Shown piece by piece: positions 38,882 through 47,802 of a stretch of 64,000 bases of DNA. Under the pieces are notes generated by a model. That model saw nothing but the letters and a program-made list of their open reading frames with translations. It did no database searches and was not told the origin of the DNA. Location: the NCBI GenBank assembly GCA_048938385.1, contig JBHLMG010000001.1, positions 269,044 through 333,043 of the forward strand. The letters run 5' to 3'. Source of the DNA: Promethearchaeota archaeon (lineage in GTDB: Archaea > Asgardarchaeota > Hermodarchaeia > Hermodarchaeales > Hermodarchaeaceae). The translations under genes and the position numbers were made by a program. Numbering within the stretch: position 1 is the stretch's first letter; each line of letters begins with the position of its first letter.

Positions 38882-39817
38882 ATGGATGTCGAAGAACTGA
38901 TTACGAAACTCAAAACCTATGAAATTGCTAGCGCTGATGGAACAGCCATTGCAGCTGCAAACGCAATAAAAGAACTCGCTCTACGCTCTAAAGCAAAATC
39001 AACAAGACATCTTTTTGAACAGGTCAAAGTTGCGGCCCTTGGGCTTCGCCAAGCGCGTCAAAGCTCAGCAGCACTTCACAACTGCCTCGATTTTATTGAA
39101 GACGCGACTCAGCTCGCCTCTAGCCAAAAAGTTCCGTTGCCAGAGGTTCGTGATTTAATTGGAAAAACCTGTGATACATTTGTAGCTCGAATTGACGAAG
39201 CAAAGAAGCGTATTGCAGAAATTGGTGCCAAACGCATCCGAACTGGAGATCGAATCCTAACGCTGTGTCGGAGCACCACCGTGCTTGGGATTCTAAGAAA
39301 GGTCGTCGAACAAGGAAAACAGGTTCATGTGTTTGTCGCAGAAAGTCGTCCCGACCTTGAAGGGCGATTATTGGCAACTGAAGTAGCAGCATTAGGAATC
39401 CCTGTGACTTTATTCACAGATTTCGCTGCCCGTATTTTTCTTCCCGACATGAACATCATGCTTGCAGGCGGCGAAGCAATCGCTGCAAGCGGTGCAATTG
39501 TGTCAAAGGTTGGTACTGCAACACTAGCCGAATTATGCCATGGTGCCCGTGTCCGGGTGTTAATAGCATTAGGAAGCTACAAGTTCTCCCACGAGACTAT
39601 TTTAGGGCGGTTAATCACCATTGAAGAAGGAGCTCCTGCGCAAGTCGTTGCGCAAGAGGAAATCAATCCCCAAGTTAAAGTCAGGAACCCCCTTTTCGAT
39701 GTTACTGGTCCTGAACATATTGATGCGTTCATCACTGAGCATGGCATTATTCCTCCTCAGGGAGCATACCTCCTTTTTACGGTAAATCAACGAAAAGGAA
39801 ATGATGAGAAAGGCTGA
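38882..39817 (+). CDS. eIF2B alpha/beta/delta-family paralogue, degenerate
   Basis: TLCRS, ESRP, GGEAI, SKVGT, NPLFD; lacks the RGA motif. Confidence 0.85.
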   Translation: MDVEELITKLKTYEIASADGTAIAAANAIKELALRSKAKSTRHLFEQVKVAALGLRQARQSSAALHNCLDFIEDATQLASSQKVPLPEVRDLIGKTCDTFVARIDEAKKRIAEIGAKRIRTGDRILTLCRSTTVLGILRKVVEQGKQVHVFVAESRPDLEGRLLATEVAALGIPVTLFTDFAARIFLPDMNIMLAGGEAIAASGAIVSKVGTATLAELCHGARVRVLIALGSYKFSHETILGRLITIEEGAPAQVVAQEEINPQVKVRNPLFDVTGPEHIDAFITEHGIIPPQGAYLLFTVNQRKGNDEKG

Positions 39818-39868
39818 AAAGTCTGGAGTATCCGTGTTTTTGAACAGTAACGAACAGGATGTTGAATT

Positions 39869-40090
39869 ATGTCTCCTGCTGCCAGCTCTGCTAAGAAAAA
39901 AGGAGTAAAGAAGCTTGCGGAAGTCGATGGCGAGCTCTGCGGAATTTGTCAAGCCTGTGCAACCGTTTGCCCAGTGAATGCAATTGAGGTGACAGAGAAT
40001 TTCGTCACGGTGTTAGCGGAAAAGTGTACAGGCTGTGGAGTATGTGTGGGGGTCTGTCCAGTAGGAGCGATTACCCTGATTGAGCGTTAA
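39869..40090 (+). CDS. 2x[4Fe-4S] ferredoxin
   Basis: CGICQACATVCP and CTGCGVCVGVCP; upstream of GGR. Confidence 0.9.
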   Translation: MSPAASSAKKKGVKKLAEVDGELCGICQACATVCPVNAIEVTENFVTVLAEKCTGCGVCVGVCPVGAITLIER

Positions 40091-40120
40091 CTTTGAATTG
40101 CTTACCTTGGAGGAAATTAA

Positions 40121-41338
40121 ATGCCAAAACATGATCAAGTGATTGTGGTTGGGGCTGGACCAGCGGGGTCTTCGGCTGCCGTTGGCGCCCTACGAGCTGG
40201 TGCGACGGTTACGATTCTTGATAGAAAAACCAATGTCGGTGTTCCAGTTCAATGTGGAGAAGCTATTGGTAAAACCGGTCCAGGCGTTGCAGAAATTGAT
40301 ATCCCTGAAGTGGCAATAAAGACTCCAATTCGGGGCTTTCGCATATATAGTCCTGGTCAACTTACCGTGGATTTTGCAGAAGATGAACCTAGTGGATTTA
40401 TCGTAGATCGTCGGGTCTTCGATAAAGAACTATTCGCCCGGGCCACTGAAGCAGGTGCTGATAGCCTTCTTGGCGCGCGCGTGCTAGATCTCACTCGTTC
40501 TAATGGGGGAGTCAATGGAGTGGTTGTAAGGCATGACGGTAATCGAAAGACACTGAAGGCTCGTGTTGTAATTGGAGCCGATGGAGTCAACAGCCAAGTA
40601 GCACGCTTAACTGGGCTCCGAAAATCCTACAAACCAGCAGATATCGACTCGTGTTTCGCCTATGAAATGACTAACTGTGAACTCGATGTAAATGACCTCA
40701 TGCAGTTTCTCTTAGGAAGTGAAGTTTCTCCCCGAGGTTATATCTGGATTTTTCCAAAAGGAAATGGGCGTGCGAATGTAGGAATTGGTATAGGGGGAAC
40801 AGTGGATGCCAAAACTGCCAAAGAATATCTTGATCAATTCCTCAAACATCACGATGTTGCCAAAAAGCAACTCAGTCATGCAAAGGTGATCGAAACCCGA
40901 GTAGGGGCACTCCCGGTGTGTGGTCCGAATAAGATTAATGTGGTTGATGGGGCGCTCTTGGTAGGAGATGCAGCTGGCCATGTACATCCCATCACGGGCG
41001 GTGGAATGGGTTATGCTATGGTCTGTGGAAGCATTGCTGGGCGCGTCGCTGCTGAATGCATCGCTAATAACCAGGTAAAAAGCTCCAACCTCCAAGTGTA
41101 CGAGAAGGAATGGCGAAAACTCTATGGCATGGAATTTGACCAATCATTAAAACTCCGAGACCTCCTTCTCAAGACTGACGATGAAACTTTAGATCGATTG
41201 GCAAAAATCGTAACTGGTGAGTCTATCGTGAAAATGACCACAGGGAAGAAGGTGAAAATCTTCATGAAGGCTATGGCAACGGGCGATGCAAAACTCATCG
41301 CCCTTATGAACGAATTACGGAAACTTCGTATGGTCTAG
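40121..41338 (+). CDS. Digeranylgeranylglycerophospholipid (geranylgeranyl) reductase
   Basis: GAGPAG, VQCGEA, GADG, PRGYIWIFP, GDAAG.V.PITGGG. Confidence 0.92.
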   Translation: MPKHDQVIVVGAGPAGSSAAVGALRAGATVTILDRKTNVGVPVQCGEAIGKTGPGVAEIDIPEVAIKTPIRGFRIYSPGQLTVDFAEDEPSGFIVDRRVFDKELFARATEAGADSLLGARVLDLTRSNGGVNGVVVRHDGNRKTLKARVVIGADGVNSQVARLTGLRKSYKPADIDSCFAYEMTNCELDVNDLMQFLLGSEVSPRGYIWIFPKGNGRANVGIGIGGTVDAKTAKEYLDQFLKHHDVAKKQLSHAKVIETRVGALPVCGPNKINVVDGALLVGDAAGHVHPITGGGMGYAMVCGSIAGRVAAECIANNQVKSSNLQVYEKEWRKLYGMEFDQSLKLRDLLLKTDDETLDRLAKIVTGESIVKMTTGKKVKIFMKAMATGDAKLIALMNELRKLRMV

Positions 41339-41413
41339 CTGATGACTCCTTCAGGTAAACAACTTTAAATCATTATTCTTCTTTGGTAATCAAGAATAAC
41401 CGAGGTAAGTACT

Positions 41414-41893
41414 ATGGGATCAACATCTGGCACAATCGTAGCAATACTCATCGGATTTATCGCCACCCTTGGAATTGCCTTTGGGCTCTTATATGCAGCA
41501 TCAATGGGCTTTCCGTTAACAGGACCAGGGCTTATACCGGGATCGGTTGCAGCTTCCTTTCTTACTGCTGATATTCTCACTCAGCTTCAGATGGTGTATA
41601 CGAATTTCTTGCTCAACATCCTTGAGGTGTATATTCTTGCGCCTATTGTCTGGCTCTTGGGTGGGTTAATTGGCGGGTTCATTGCCCGAGATCTAACTCG
41701 AGGAGCCGCAGCGGGGTTGATTGCGGCAATCATCGCGCCCTTCTTTACTCTTGTAATCAGTTGGGTGATGACATCTAGTCTAGACTACAACCTGCTCCTC
41801 TGGTGGGTGATTAACGGCATTCTCGGCGGTATCATTGCTGCTGTTGGTGGCATAATCGGTGGAACGCTCACCTCTCAAATTGAGACGCGCTAG
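41414..41893 (+). CDS. Gly-rich multi-TM membrane protein
   Basis: Four hydrophobic segments with GxxxG motifs; GAGGT SD. Confidence 0.75.
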   Translation: MGSTSGTIVAILIGFIATLGIAFGLLYAASMGFPLTGPGLIPGSVAASFLTADILTQLQMVYTNFLLNILEVYILAPIVWLLGGLIGGFIARDLTRGAAAGLIAAIIAPFFTLVISWVMTSSLDYNLLLWWVINGILGGIIAAVGGIIGGTLTSQIETR

Positions 41894-41931
41894 AACCACA
41901 TTAATAGGCATATAACCTAAGGCTCCTTAGT

Positions 41932-42531
41932 ATGCCCCAACTTAGGAGTTTTACAACCACATCCATTGGGCTCCTCGCTGGGATCACAGCGTCCGTGCTG
42001 GTGTACCTTACTCACTTTAAAATCCTTTACTCGATGGTATACTCGACATATTTCGGTTTAATCAATTCACTACAGTTCTATGAAGTAGCATGGATCCTCG
42101 CTACCTTTGATTTTCTTCTCAATCTCATGAACCCTTTTTCCTTCTTTTTGTGGGTCTTAATGGCCTTCCTTTTTGCTCTGATTCTTCGAAATATGAATGC
42201 GACATTGACAGTTCTTGCTATCGCTGTGCTTCTACCAGCAGGAACATGGCTCCTCTTCGCGGTGAAATACGCGGTTTTTCTCGGATTCACGCCCCCGCTT
42301 CTCTTTGCGCTCTTTCTCTGTCGGCTTCTCTTCCCCTTGGCTCTCGTTACGACTCTGGCTTCATTAACTACGCTGCCCTTCTGGATGATTCAACGACGAC
42401 AGGGCGCCTCGGTAGAAACATCGAGGGTTGTGCAGTTTGCCTGTTCTAGTTGTGGCGCTAAGTACCGCTCTAAGCCATTGATATGTGTTGAGTGTGGGCG
42501 GGAAGGAGTGATCTATGCGGACCAGGAGTAA
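41932..42531 (+). CDS. Membrane protein with C-terminal Zn ribbon
   Basis: 4-5 TMs then CSSCG...CVECG. Confidence 0.75.
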   Translation: MPQLRSFTTTSIGLLAGITASVLVYLTHFKILYSMVYSTYFGLINSLQFYEVAWILATFDFLLNLMNPFSFFLWVLMAFLFALILRNMNATLTVLAIAVLLPAGTWLLFAVKYAVFLGFTPPLLFALFLCRLLFPLALVTTLASLTTLPFWMIQRRQGASVETSRVVQFACSSCGAKYRSKPLICVECGREGVIYADQE

Positions 42532-42605
42532 ATCCTGCTGAAACCTAAACGATGATTACTAGAATCGCAAAAAAATAGCCGTTTCATTGAGAAAAACATA
42601 AAGAC

Positions 42606-42611
42606 TTATAA
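42606..42611 (+). promoter_or_regulatory. TATA box (TTATAA) of putative small RNA
   Basis: Centred ~26 nt upstream of the 5' stem strand at 42635; A-rich BRE-like sequence upstream. Confidence 0.55.
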
Positions 42612-42634
42612 TTTACATTCATGATTATACAATA

Positions 42635-42779
42635 GCCGGTTTGGGGCAGTGGCACAATTTTAAAAAGACGCTCGATGCTCCTCATAGGCAGAATCCTCCC
42701 AAAAAAACCTCAGGCCTAAGTCGTCCTCGCCCTCCAAAATCCCTCCTCCCTCAACTGCCCTTCCGGCATTATTTTTTTT
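42635..42779 (+). ncRNA. Putative small RNA: terminal stem, CCUC-repeat loop, U8 tail
   Basis: GCCGG/CCGGC and GGGCAGT/ACTGCCC complementarity between the ends; 8 CCTC copies in 42680-42752; T8 at 42772-42779; no credible ORF. Confidence 0.6.
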
Positions 42780-42832
42780 GATCTCATGCAGAATGAATTG
42801 ACAAGATAGCACTAGATTGGATTATCTCGATT

Positions 42833-43738
42833 TCATGCCGGTGCGGCTAGGATGGCGTTTGAAATCGCGAATTCCAATACCTCTACAATCGCGTATTCAG
42901 GAAGCCCCAGGAGGAAAGCGATAGTTTTTACATCTCGTTTTCCATCTACCAGAAAAAGAACATCGCGTGCGTAAGGACCGAATTTATCAAAGAGGGCACT
43001 TCCTACTGGAGATCCCTTATCGAGAGCGGCAAGAAGGTTATTACTTCCTTCAGGGACGAAAGAGAGGTTAATTTGGCCTTCGGGCGTGGCTGGTGGGGGT
43101 AGAGGTGGAGCTGTAGCTTCAAGAGTTTCTAAGGGTGGGGGTTCCAGGGGTGGAGGTTCTAACGGTGGAGGGAGTTGGTCTTCAGGTATAGCAGTAACTG
43201 GTTCTGGAGGCGGGGTTGGTATGATATCGGGCTGGGTAGCGGGAGGGGGTGTTGGTCTAGGTGTTGGAGTTGGCTCAGTTGTAGGTTGTGGTATTGGAAT
43301 AGGCTGTGGGGGAGGTGTTGCTGGAGGAGCTGGCTCTTGAGGTTGTGGGCTTGGAGTGGGTGTAGCCGGAGGGGTTGGAGTTGGTCGGGCAGGTGCAGCA
43401 GGCATAGTCTTTAAGATATTAAGGTCAAGTTCACGAAGAGCCAAAAGGGTGGCTTTGGTTTTCACTACGGCAATTCCCAGTGAGAGGTTGGGAGGAAAAA
43501 GTACTGCGAGTAGCCAGTTGTTGGCAATTTTGGAAATCACAACTAATCCCTGTTCGGTATTCACAGTAAGTTGGCTGATTTGTCCTTGGTAAAGACTCAC
43601 CGTTTGTTTTACCATGGCCTCAGTTGTCGGGTCTAGGGTACTTTGATAGACGATATTGTCAGGTGACAAAATACAGAAAGCTTTGACCATGCGATCAAAA
43701 CGAAGGTTATCAAGAGCCCGCTGGACATCCTCTACCAT
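42833..43738 (-). CDS. Roadblock/profilin-like domain + Pro-rich linker + C-terminal wHTH-like domain
   Basis: N-terminal beta/alpha pattern ending LLAVLF..NLSLG; ~110-aa P/T-rich linker; VLFLVDGKRDVKTIA..LGL..AIVEVL. Confidence 0.75.
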   Translation of the reverse strand: MVEDVQRALDNLRFDRMVKAFCILSPDNIVYQSTLDPTTEAMVKQTVSLYQGQISQLTVNTEQGLVVISKIANNWLLAVLFPPNLSLGIAVVKTKATLLALRELDLNILKTMPAAPARPTPTPPATPTPSPQPQEPAPPATPPPQPIPIPQPTTEPTPTPRPTPPPATQPDIIPTPPPEPVTAIPEDQLPPPLEPPPLEPPPLETLEATAPPLPPPATPEGQINLSFVPEGSNNLLAALDKGSPVGSALFDKFGPYARDVLFLVDGKRDVKTIAFLLGLPEYAIVEVLEFAISNAILAAPA

Positions 43739-43817
43739 CGTTCGACAGGTACCCCCGTTGGCACTTATAGGCTATAGGGTACTGGGAATTTGCTCTCTAA
43801 AATGTTTGTGCAATATC

Positions 43818-45548
43818 TTATTCGGTCATGTTAATGTTAACTTTCTCAGTATTTTTCACAACAACACCGAATCCCTTTCGCTCGAGTTGGATAATAGAAC
43901 CTAATTGGGCATCCTTTATCGAGGACTCTGCCTTTCCGTCAACTACCTGCAGACTTTCAGGGTTTGGTTCTCCCTTTTGAAAAAGGACCTTTGGGATCCG
44001 AAGTTCCACAGGAACGGTGTCTTCACTCACCCATTGAATTTTCAGCGCTGTTTGGCTAAGTTCCTCTCCTGCGAAGCGACATTCCATGAACTTGGCAGTT
44101 ATTTTCTCAACCTGTAGGTTATACAGGTGTTTGAGTCGGAAGACATCTCCCTTCTTCAGCCTAACCGCATCTGAACCATCAATGAGTACTTGATCTGTGA
44201 CAGAAATCGATCGAGTCCCCCGATCTTTAAAGTCTGGATGGAAAGGGATTACGGCTGTTCGCGGGGCGATATCTCGTATTTTTACGAGAAATGGGTCGGT
44301 CACACAAAAATATCGGTTCGCCAGGGGATCTACTAGCCGCCGGTTAATTCCAAGCAGCACCGACCAATCTAGCACCGGTTGTGCCACACTCAACCCAACT
44401 TCGCGCGTCATTTCCCTAACCGCTTCGGGAATGATTCCGCGGTTGCGGAGGGCAGGAAGGGTAGTGAGCCTGATGTCGTCCCAGCCGCTTATGAATCCTG
44501 ATTCAATTAAGGGTCGAATTTTGCGTTTGCTGACTGGACTTCCTTCGATAGTAAAACGCGACCATTCTTGGATGTATGGTTGTGGAAATCCAAAGAGTTC
44601 TCGAATATACGCGTGGAGTTCTCCACGAGTGGCAAATTCATTGCTCCTCAATACATGCGTGATTTCGTTGCGGTGGTCTTCCAAAGAGTTAGCAAAGTCA
44701 TAGGTTGGCCAAAGTCGGTATCGGTTACCTTGAATTGGGTGTGGATAATCAATTATCCGAAATATATTAGGATCCCGCATAACAGCGTTGGGGTGTTTCA
44801 AGTCTATGCGAAGCCGACACACGATTTCTCCTTCGGCATAGCCCCCGTTAAGAATATCATTCCAGATAGTTTGATTTTCTTCTTTGCCACTTTGGCGATG
44901 GGGGCATGGGTTTCCCGCCCGGCGGTTTTCCTTGATGGTTTCAGCTGCACAACTGCAAAAGTAAGCATCTTCTCTAGCAAGAAGTTCTTCAGCCTTCTCG
45001 TAAAAATACGGAAGATCATCAGAAACATTGAGCTCTTCATCCCAATCAATTTCCATCCATTGGTAACCTTCCTTGAAGGCTTCATAGTACTCTGGATGGA
45101 CATTTCGCGGATTCGTGTCTTCGAACCGTAGGATGAGTTTTCCCCCATATTTGCGCGCATAATACCAGTTGATGTATCCTGCGTAAGCATGACCGATATG
45201 TGGGTAGCCACTAGGCTCAGGAGGTAATCGGGTGACTACCTTTCCCTTTTCTGCACCAATCAGTTCTGGAAGGTCTTTCACTCGATGTTCTTTTACTGAT
45301 TCTAATAGTTGGGGGGCAATTTGTCGAAGTTCCATCAGTTGGTCGTCTTGCGACATTTGGTTGACTTCTTCGACAATTTCGTTTACAAGTTCGATGATCT
45401 GCTGCGCCTTAGTTCGTAACTCAACCCGTTCCGCAAGCAACTTTCCTATTACGGCACGAGAATTAGCTTTACCTTCGAACTTCACGGCGTTTGCTAAGCT
45501 GTATTTACGGATTAGCTGCTTGACTGCGTCTTCTTTGCCGTGCTTCAT
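43818..45548 (-). CDS. gltX: Glutamyl-tRNA synthetase
   Basis: PPEPSGYPHIGH, RFEDTNP, PTYDF, THVLR, SKR, QLERKGF. Confidence 0.96.
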   Translation of the reverse strand: MKHGKEDAVKQLIRKYSLANAVKFEGKANSRAVIGKLLAERVELRTKAQQIIELVNEIVEEVNQMSQDDQLMELRQIAPQLLESVKEHRVKDLPELIGAEKGKVVTRLPPEPSGYPHIGHAYAGYINWYYARKYGGKLILRFEDTNPRNVHPEYYEAFKEGYQWMEIDWDEELNVSDDLPYFYEKAEELLAREDAYFCSCAAETIKENRRAGNPCPHRQSGKEENQTIWNDILNGGYAEGEIVCRLRIDLKHPNAVMRDPNIFRIIDYPHPIQGNRYRLWPTYDFANSLEDHRNEITHVLRSNEFATRGELHAYIRELFGFPQPYIQEWSRFTIEGSPVSKRKIRPLIESGFISGWDDIRLTTLPALRNRGIIPEAVREMTREVGLSVAQPVLDWSVLLGINRRLVDPLANRYFCVTDPFLVKIRDIAPRTAVIPFHPDFKDRGTRSISVTDQVLIDGSDAVRLKKGDVFRLKHLYNLQVEKITAKFMECRFAGEELSQTALKIQWVSEDTVPVELRIPKVLFQKGEPNPESLQVVDGKAESSIKDAQLGSIIQLERKGFGVVVKNTEKVNINMTE

Positions 45549-45597
45549 GCAGAATCATCTCATTGTTCCGTTATGTGTTCAAGTTACTGAGTAACAC

Positions 45598-46206
45598 TTA
45601 TGCTTTTTGCGGTTTGGATGGAAGCGTTTTTTCTTCCATTATTTGATGAACTAAATTCGGATCCAAGCTTCGTAGCCACGAGATTTCTCCGACGGAATAT
45701 TGTCGACCAGTTCCCGCTAGTATCTTATGGATTACTTCTACTACTTCACTAGGCTTCAGGGTGGTTGTATCAATTTCAAAAATTTGGTGTTGGCTATGGC
45801 GTGCAAGTGCTTGTGCCGTGCATTCTCCTAGGATTTCTGCCTGTATATTTTCTAAGATTTTGTCCGTAGACCAACCTCGCGTTTTTAGTCTCTGAGTCAA
45901 GGTTAGGGGATTACAGCGGAGGACTACCAGCACCTCAAGAAGGTTATCAGGTACTTCATCCGCGAAATGTCCAACTACGATATAGCGTTTTTTGGAGCTA
46001 TCCAACTGTTTTGATAGGTAGTTTTGCAGTTTTTGAACATCAGCAATTAATGTTCTGCGCTTAGGATCTTCTCCTTTGTGGAACTGATGTTGGATAATTA
46101 TTTGGTTTAATTCGATTAATTCAGCGTTAAGATCGGATGCTAGTAATTGACCAATAACGGTTTTTCCTGTTCCCGGTGTACCGGAAAGTGCAATTACTGA
46201 GCCCAC
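45598..46206 (-). CDS. Adenylate kinase, AK6/Fap7 type
   Basis: GTPGTGKT, VGH, VLRCNP..L..RL..RGW...KI.EN..AE. Confidence 0.9.
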   Translation of the reverse strand: MGSVIALSGTPGTGKTVIGQLLASDLNAELIELNQIIIQHQFHKGEDPKRRTLIADVQKLQNYLSKQLDSSKKRYIVVGHFADEVPDNLLEVLVVLRCNPLTLTQRLKTRGWSTDKILENIQAEILGECTAQALARHSQHQIFEIDTTTLKPSEVVEVIHKILAGTGRQYSVGEISWLRSLDPNLVHQIMEEKTLPSKPQKA

Positions 46207-46328
46207 TATAACTCACCAGCCAACATCAACACATTTTCTAAGAGATGAGAGCTTCTTTTGAAACAAATGTGGAATCTCAGATAAGGGTTCTGTCTTAAAT
46301 GAAAAACCACTTACATCTAAAGTTGTTC

Positions 46329-46544
46329 TTATGCGAGAGTGGCTTGTTCAATATGGGCTCGTCGCTTTTCTCGCTCATATTCCTCTAAGGCGGCGAGTTC
46401 ACGCTGTAAGCGAATCCGGTGGGATCCACTGGATACAGCGATTGCTTGACGAAGTAACCTTTTCTCACGCTGAATGTCTTGATGAGGTGCCTCTTCAAGT
46501 AATTTTAGACGCTGTGATAAAGGTTCAACGCATCCAGTACTCAC
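46329..46544 (-). CDS. Small helical hypothetical protein
   Basis: 71-aa charged helical ORF downstream of the Vps22-like gene on the same strand. Confidence 0.45.
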   Translation of the reverse strand: MSTGCVEPLSQRLKLLEEAPHQDIQREKRLLRQAIAVSSGSHRIRLQRELAALEEYEREKRRAHIEQATLA

Positions 46545-46627
46545 TTATCACGCACCGTCTAGACTCACTATGGTGGTTATTTAAAGCAGGAGAGGGTGGC
46601 GGATAACTAAACCTTACAGGTGGGGAG

Positions 46628-47308
46628 TCATGTGGATGCTTGATATCGCGTTCCATTGACGATGCTCTTCTTCGCCGTCACCATATTTTTTGCAATTAAC
46701 GATTCAAGCGCTAACCGAACGCGTGTTTGAGGCCACTGGGTCGATAGCATAATCTCTTCAAGAGAGGCACGACCTCTCTTGCGAGCAGCGATCCCGAGGA
46801 TTACGGATTCATCTTCACTTAAGAACTCGCTTTTTAGTTGCACTACGAGCGTTCCCTTTACCTCTAGAAGCTGTAACACTTCGTCTTTTTCTAACTGCTT
46901 TAGCAATTTATAGAAGGCCTTACTTGATAATTTTCGATACTGTTCGGTTTGATGAATCTGTGTATAAACATCTGCTGCAGGGATTGGCTGTTTTACCACT
47001 CCACTGAGTTCCGGCGTCGCAAGTAGATGCACGATTAGATCCCTGGGAGTCTGAGGGGTTTGCAACTCGAAATGAAATTCTTCTTTTAGTTGTGTAAGAC
47101 GGGACTCAGCAGCCGCAAAGAGATCTGACTTCAATGGGGCTTGGTCGTTAATTTTTTCTAAACGAGATTGGAGCTCGATGTCTTTGGTTGGGTCTTGTTC
47201 TTTGGCTTTTGCTCTTAGCCGCTTCCCAAATTGCTCGAAGGCCTTATCAAGGTTGTTTTCCGAATTATCGTTTACTGGCATCACTTTGTCTCCCTGGTGC
47301 GCATTCAT
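46628..47308 (-). CDS. ESCRT-II Vps22/Vps36 (EAP30)-like tandem winged-helix protein
   Basis: C-terminal LSEDESVILGIA...ASLEEIMLSTQWPQTRVRLALESLIAKNM matches the Vps22 second WH pattern (L..D...L..A...W...R....L..L...G). Confidence 0.7.
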   Translation of the reverse strand: MNAHQGDKVMPVNDNSENNLDKAFEQFGKRLRAKAKEQDPTKDIELQSRLEKINDQAPLKSDLFAAAESRLTQLKEEFHFELQTPQTPRDLIVHLLATPELSGVVKQPIPAADVYTQIHQTEQYRKLSSKAFYKLLKQLEKDEVLQLLEVKGTLVVQLKSEFLSEDESVILGIAARKRGRASLEEIMLSTQWPQTRVRLALESLIAKNMVTAKKSIVNGTRYQAST

Positions 47309-47367
47309 TTACTCTTAGAAGTGTCGTACTTTTAAAGGCTCGGAGCCGCTGATACTCTTATGGGCAG

Positions 47368-47802
47368 GTGATGGCTTTGATTGAGAATTGCCCAATGTTG
47401 CTTTCCATCAATGTGGGGGCGAAATATCTTCGTCAAGCTAATAAGTACCTTCTTGTTGGTTCTTGCGTTCCTCAAGAATATCCAGAGCTCTTCCAGCAAC
47501 TTGCACAGGATCGGGTCTGTCTTCATGTGTGCCTTGAAACCTTCCATATGAACATGGCTGAAACCAAACTAGCCTGTATTACGAAAATCCATCAACCCGA
47601 GGAATTACTTGTCCTAACAGTAGATGGGTCACCTCATTGTTTTCAGTTGCATGTGCTCGCTGAAGACATGAAACGGTATTTTAACTTGGATTCGAAAATC
47701 CAACACCTAGTGATTGAGCATGGAAGGCTTCAACAGGTTTCCTCCTCTGCTGTAAAAACTGCTAGACACCTAAACAAGGTGCAACATCTACTCGAGAAGT
47801 AA
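47368..47802 (+). CDS. Conserved Cys-containing protein, possibly Fe-S associated
   Basis: LLVGSCV, CLE, VDGSPHC motifs. Confidence 0.7.
   Translation: MMALIENCPMLLSINVGAKYLRQANKYLLVGSCVPQEYPELFQQLAQDRVCLHVCLETFHMNMAETKLACITKIHQPEELLVLTVDGSPHCFQLHVLAEDMKRYFNLDSKIQHLVIEHGRLQQVSSSAVKTARHLNKVQHLLEK

Noticed and set aside
43086-43414. G-rich tract and Gly-rich + strand ORFs
   Set aside because: Explained by Pro/Thr codons of the minus-strand gene
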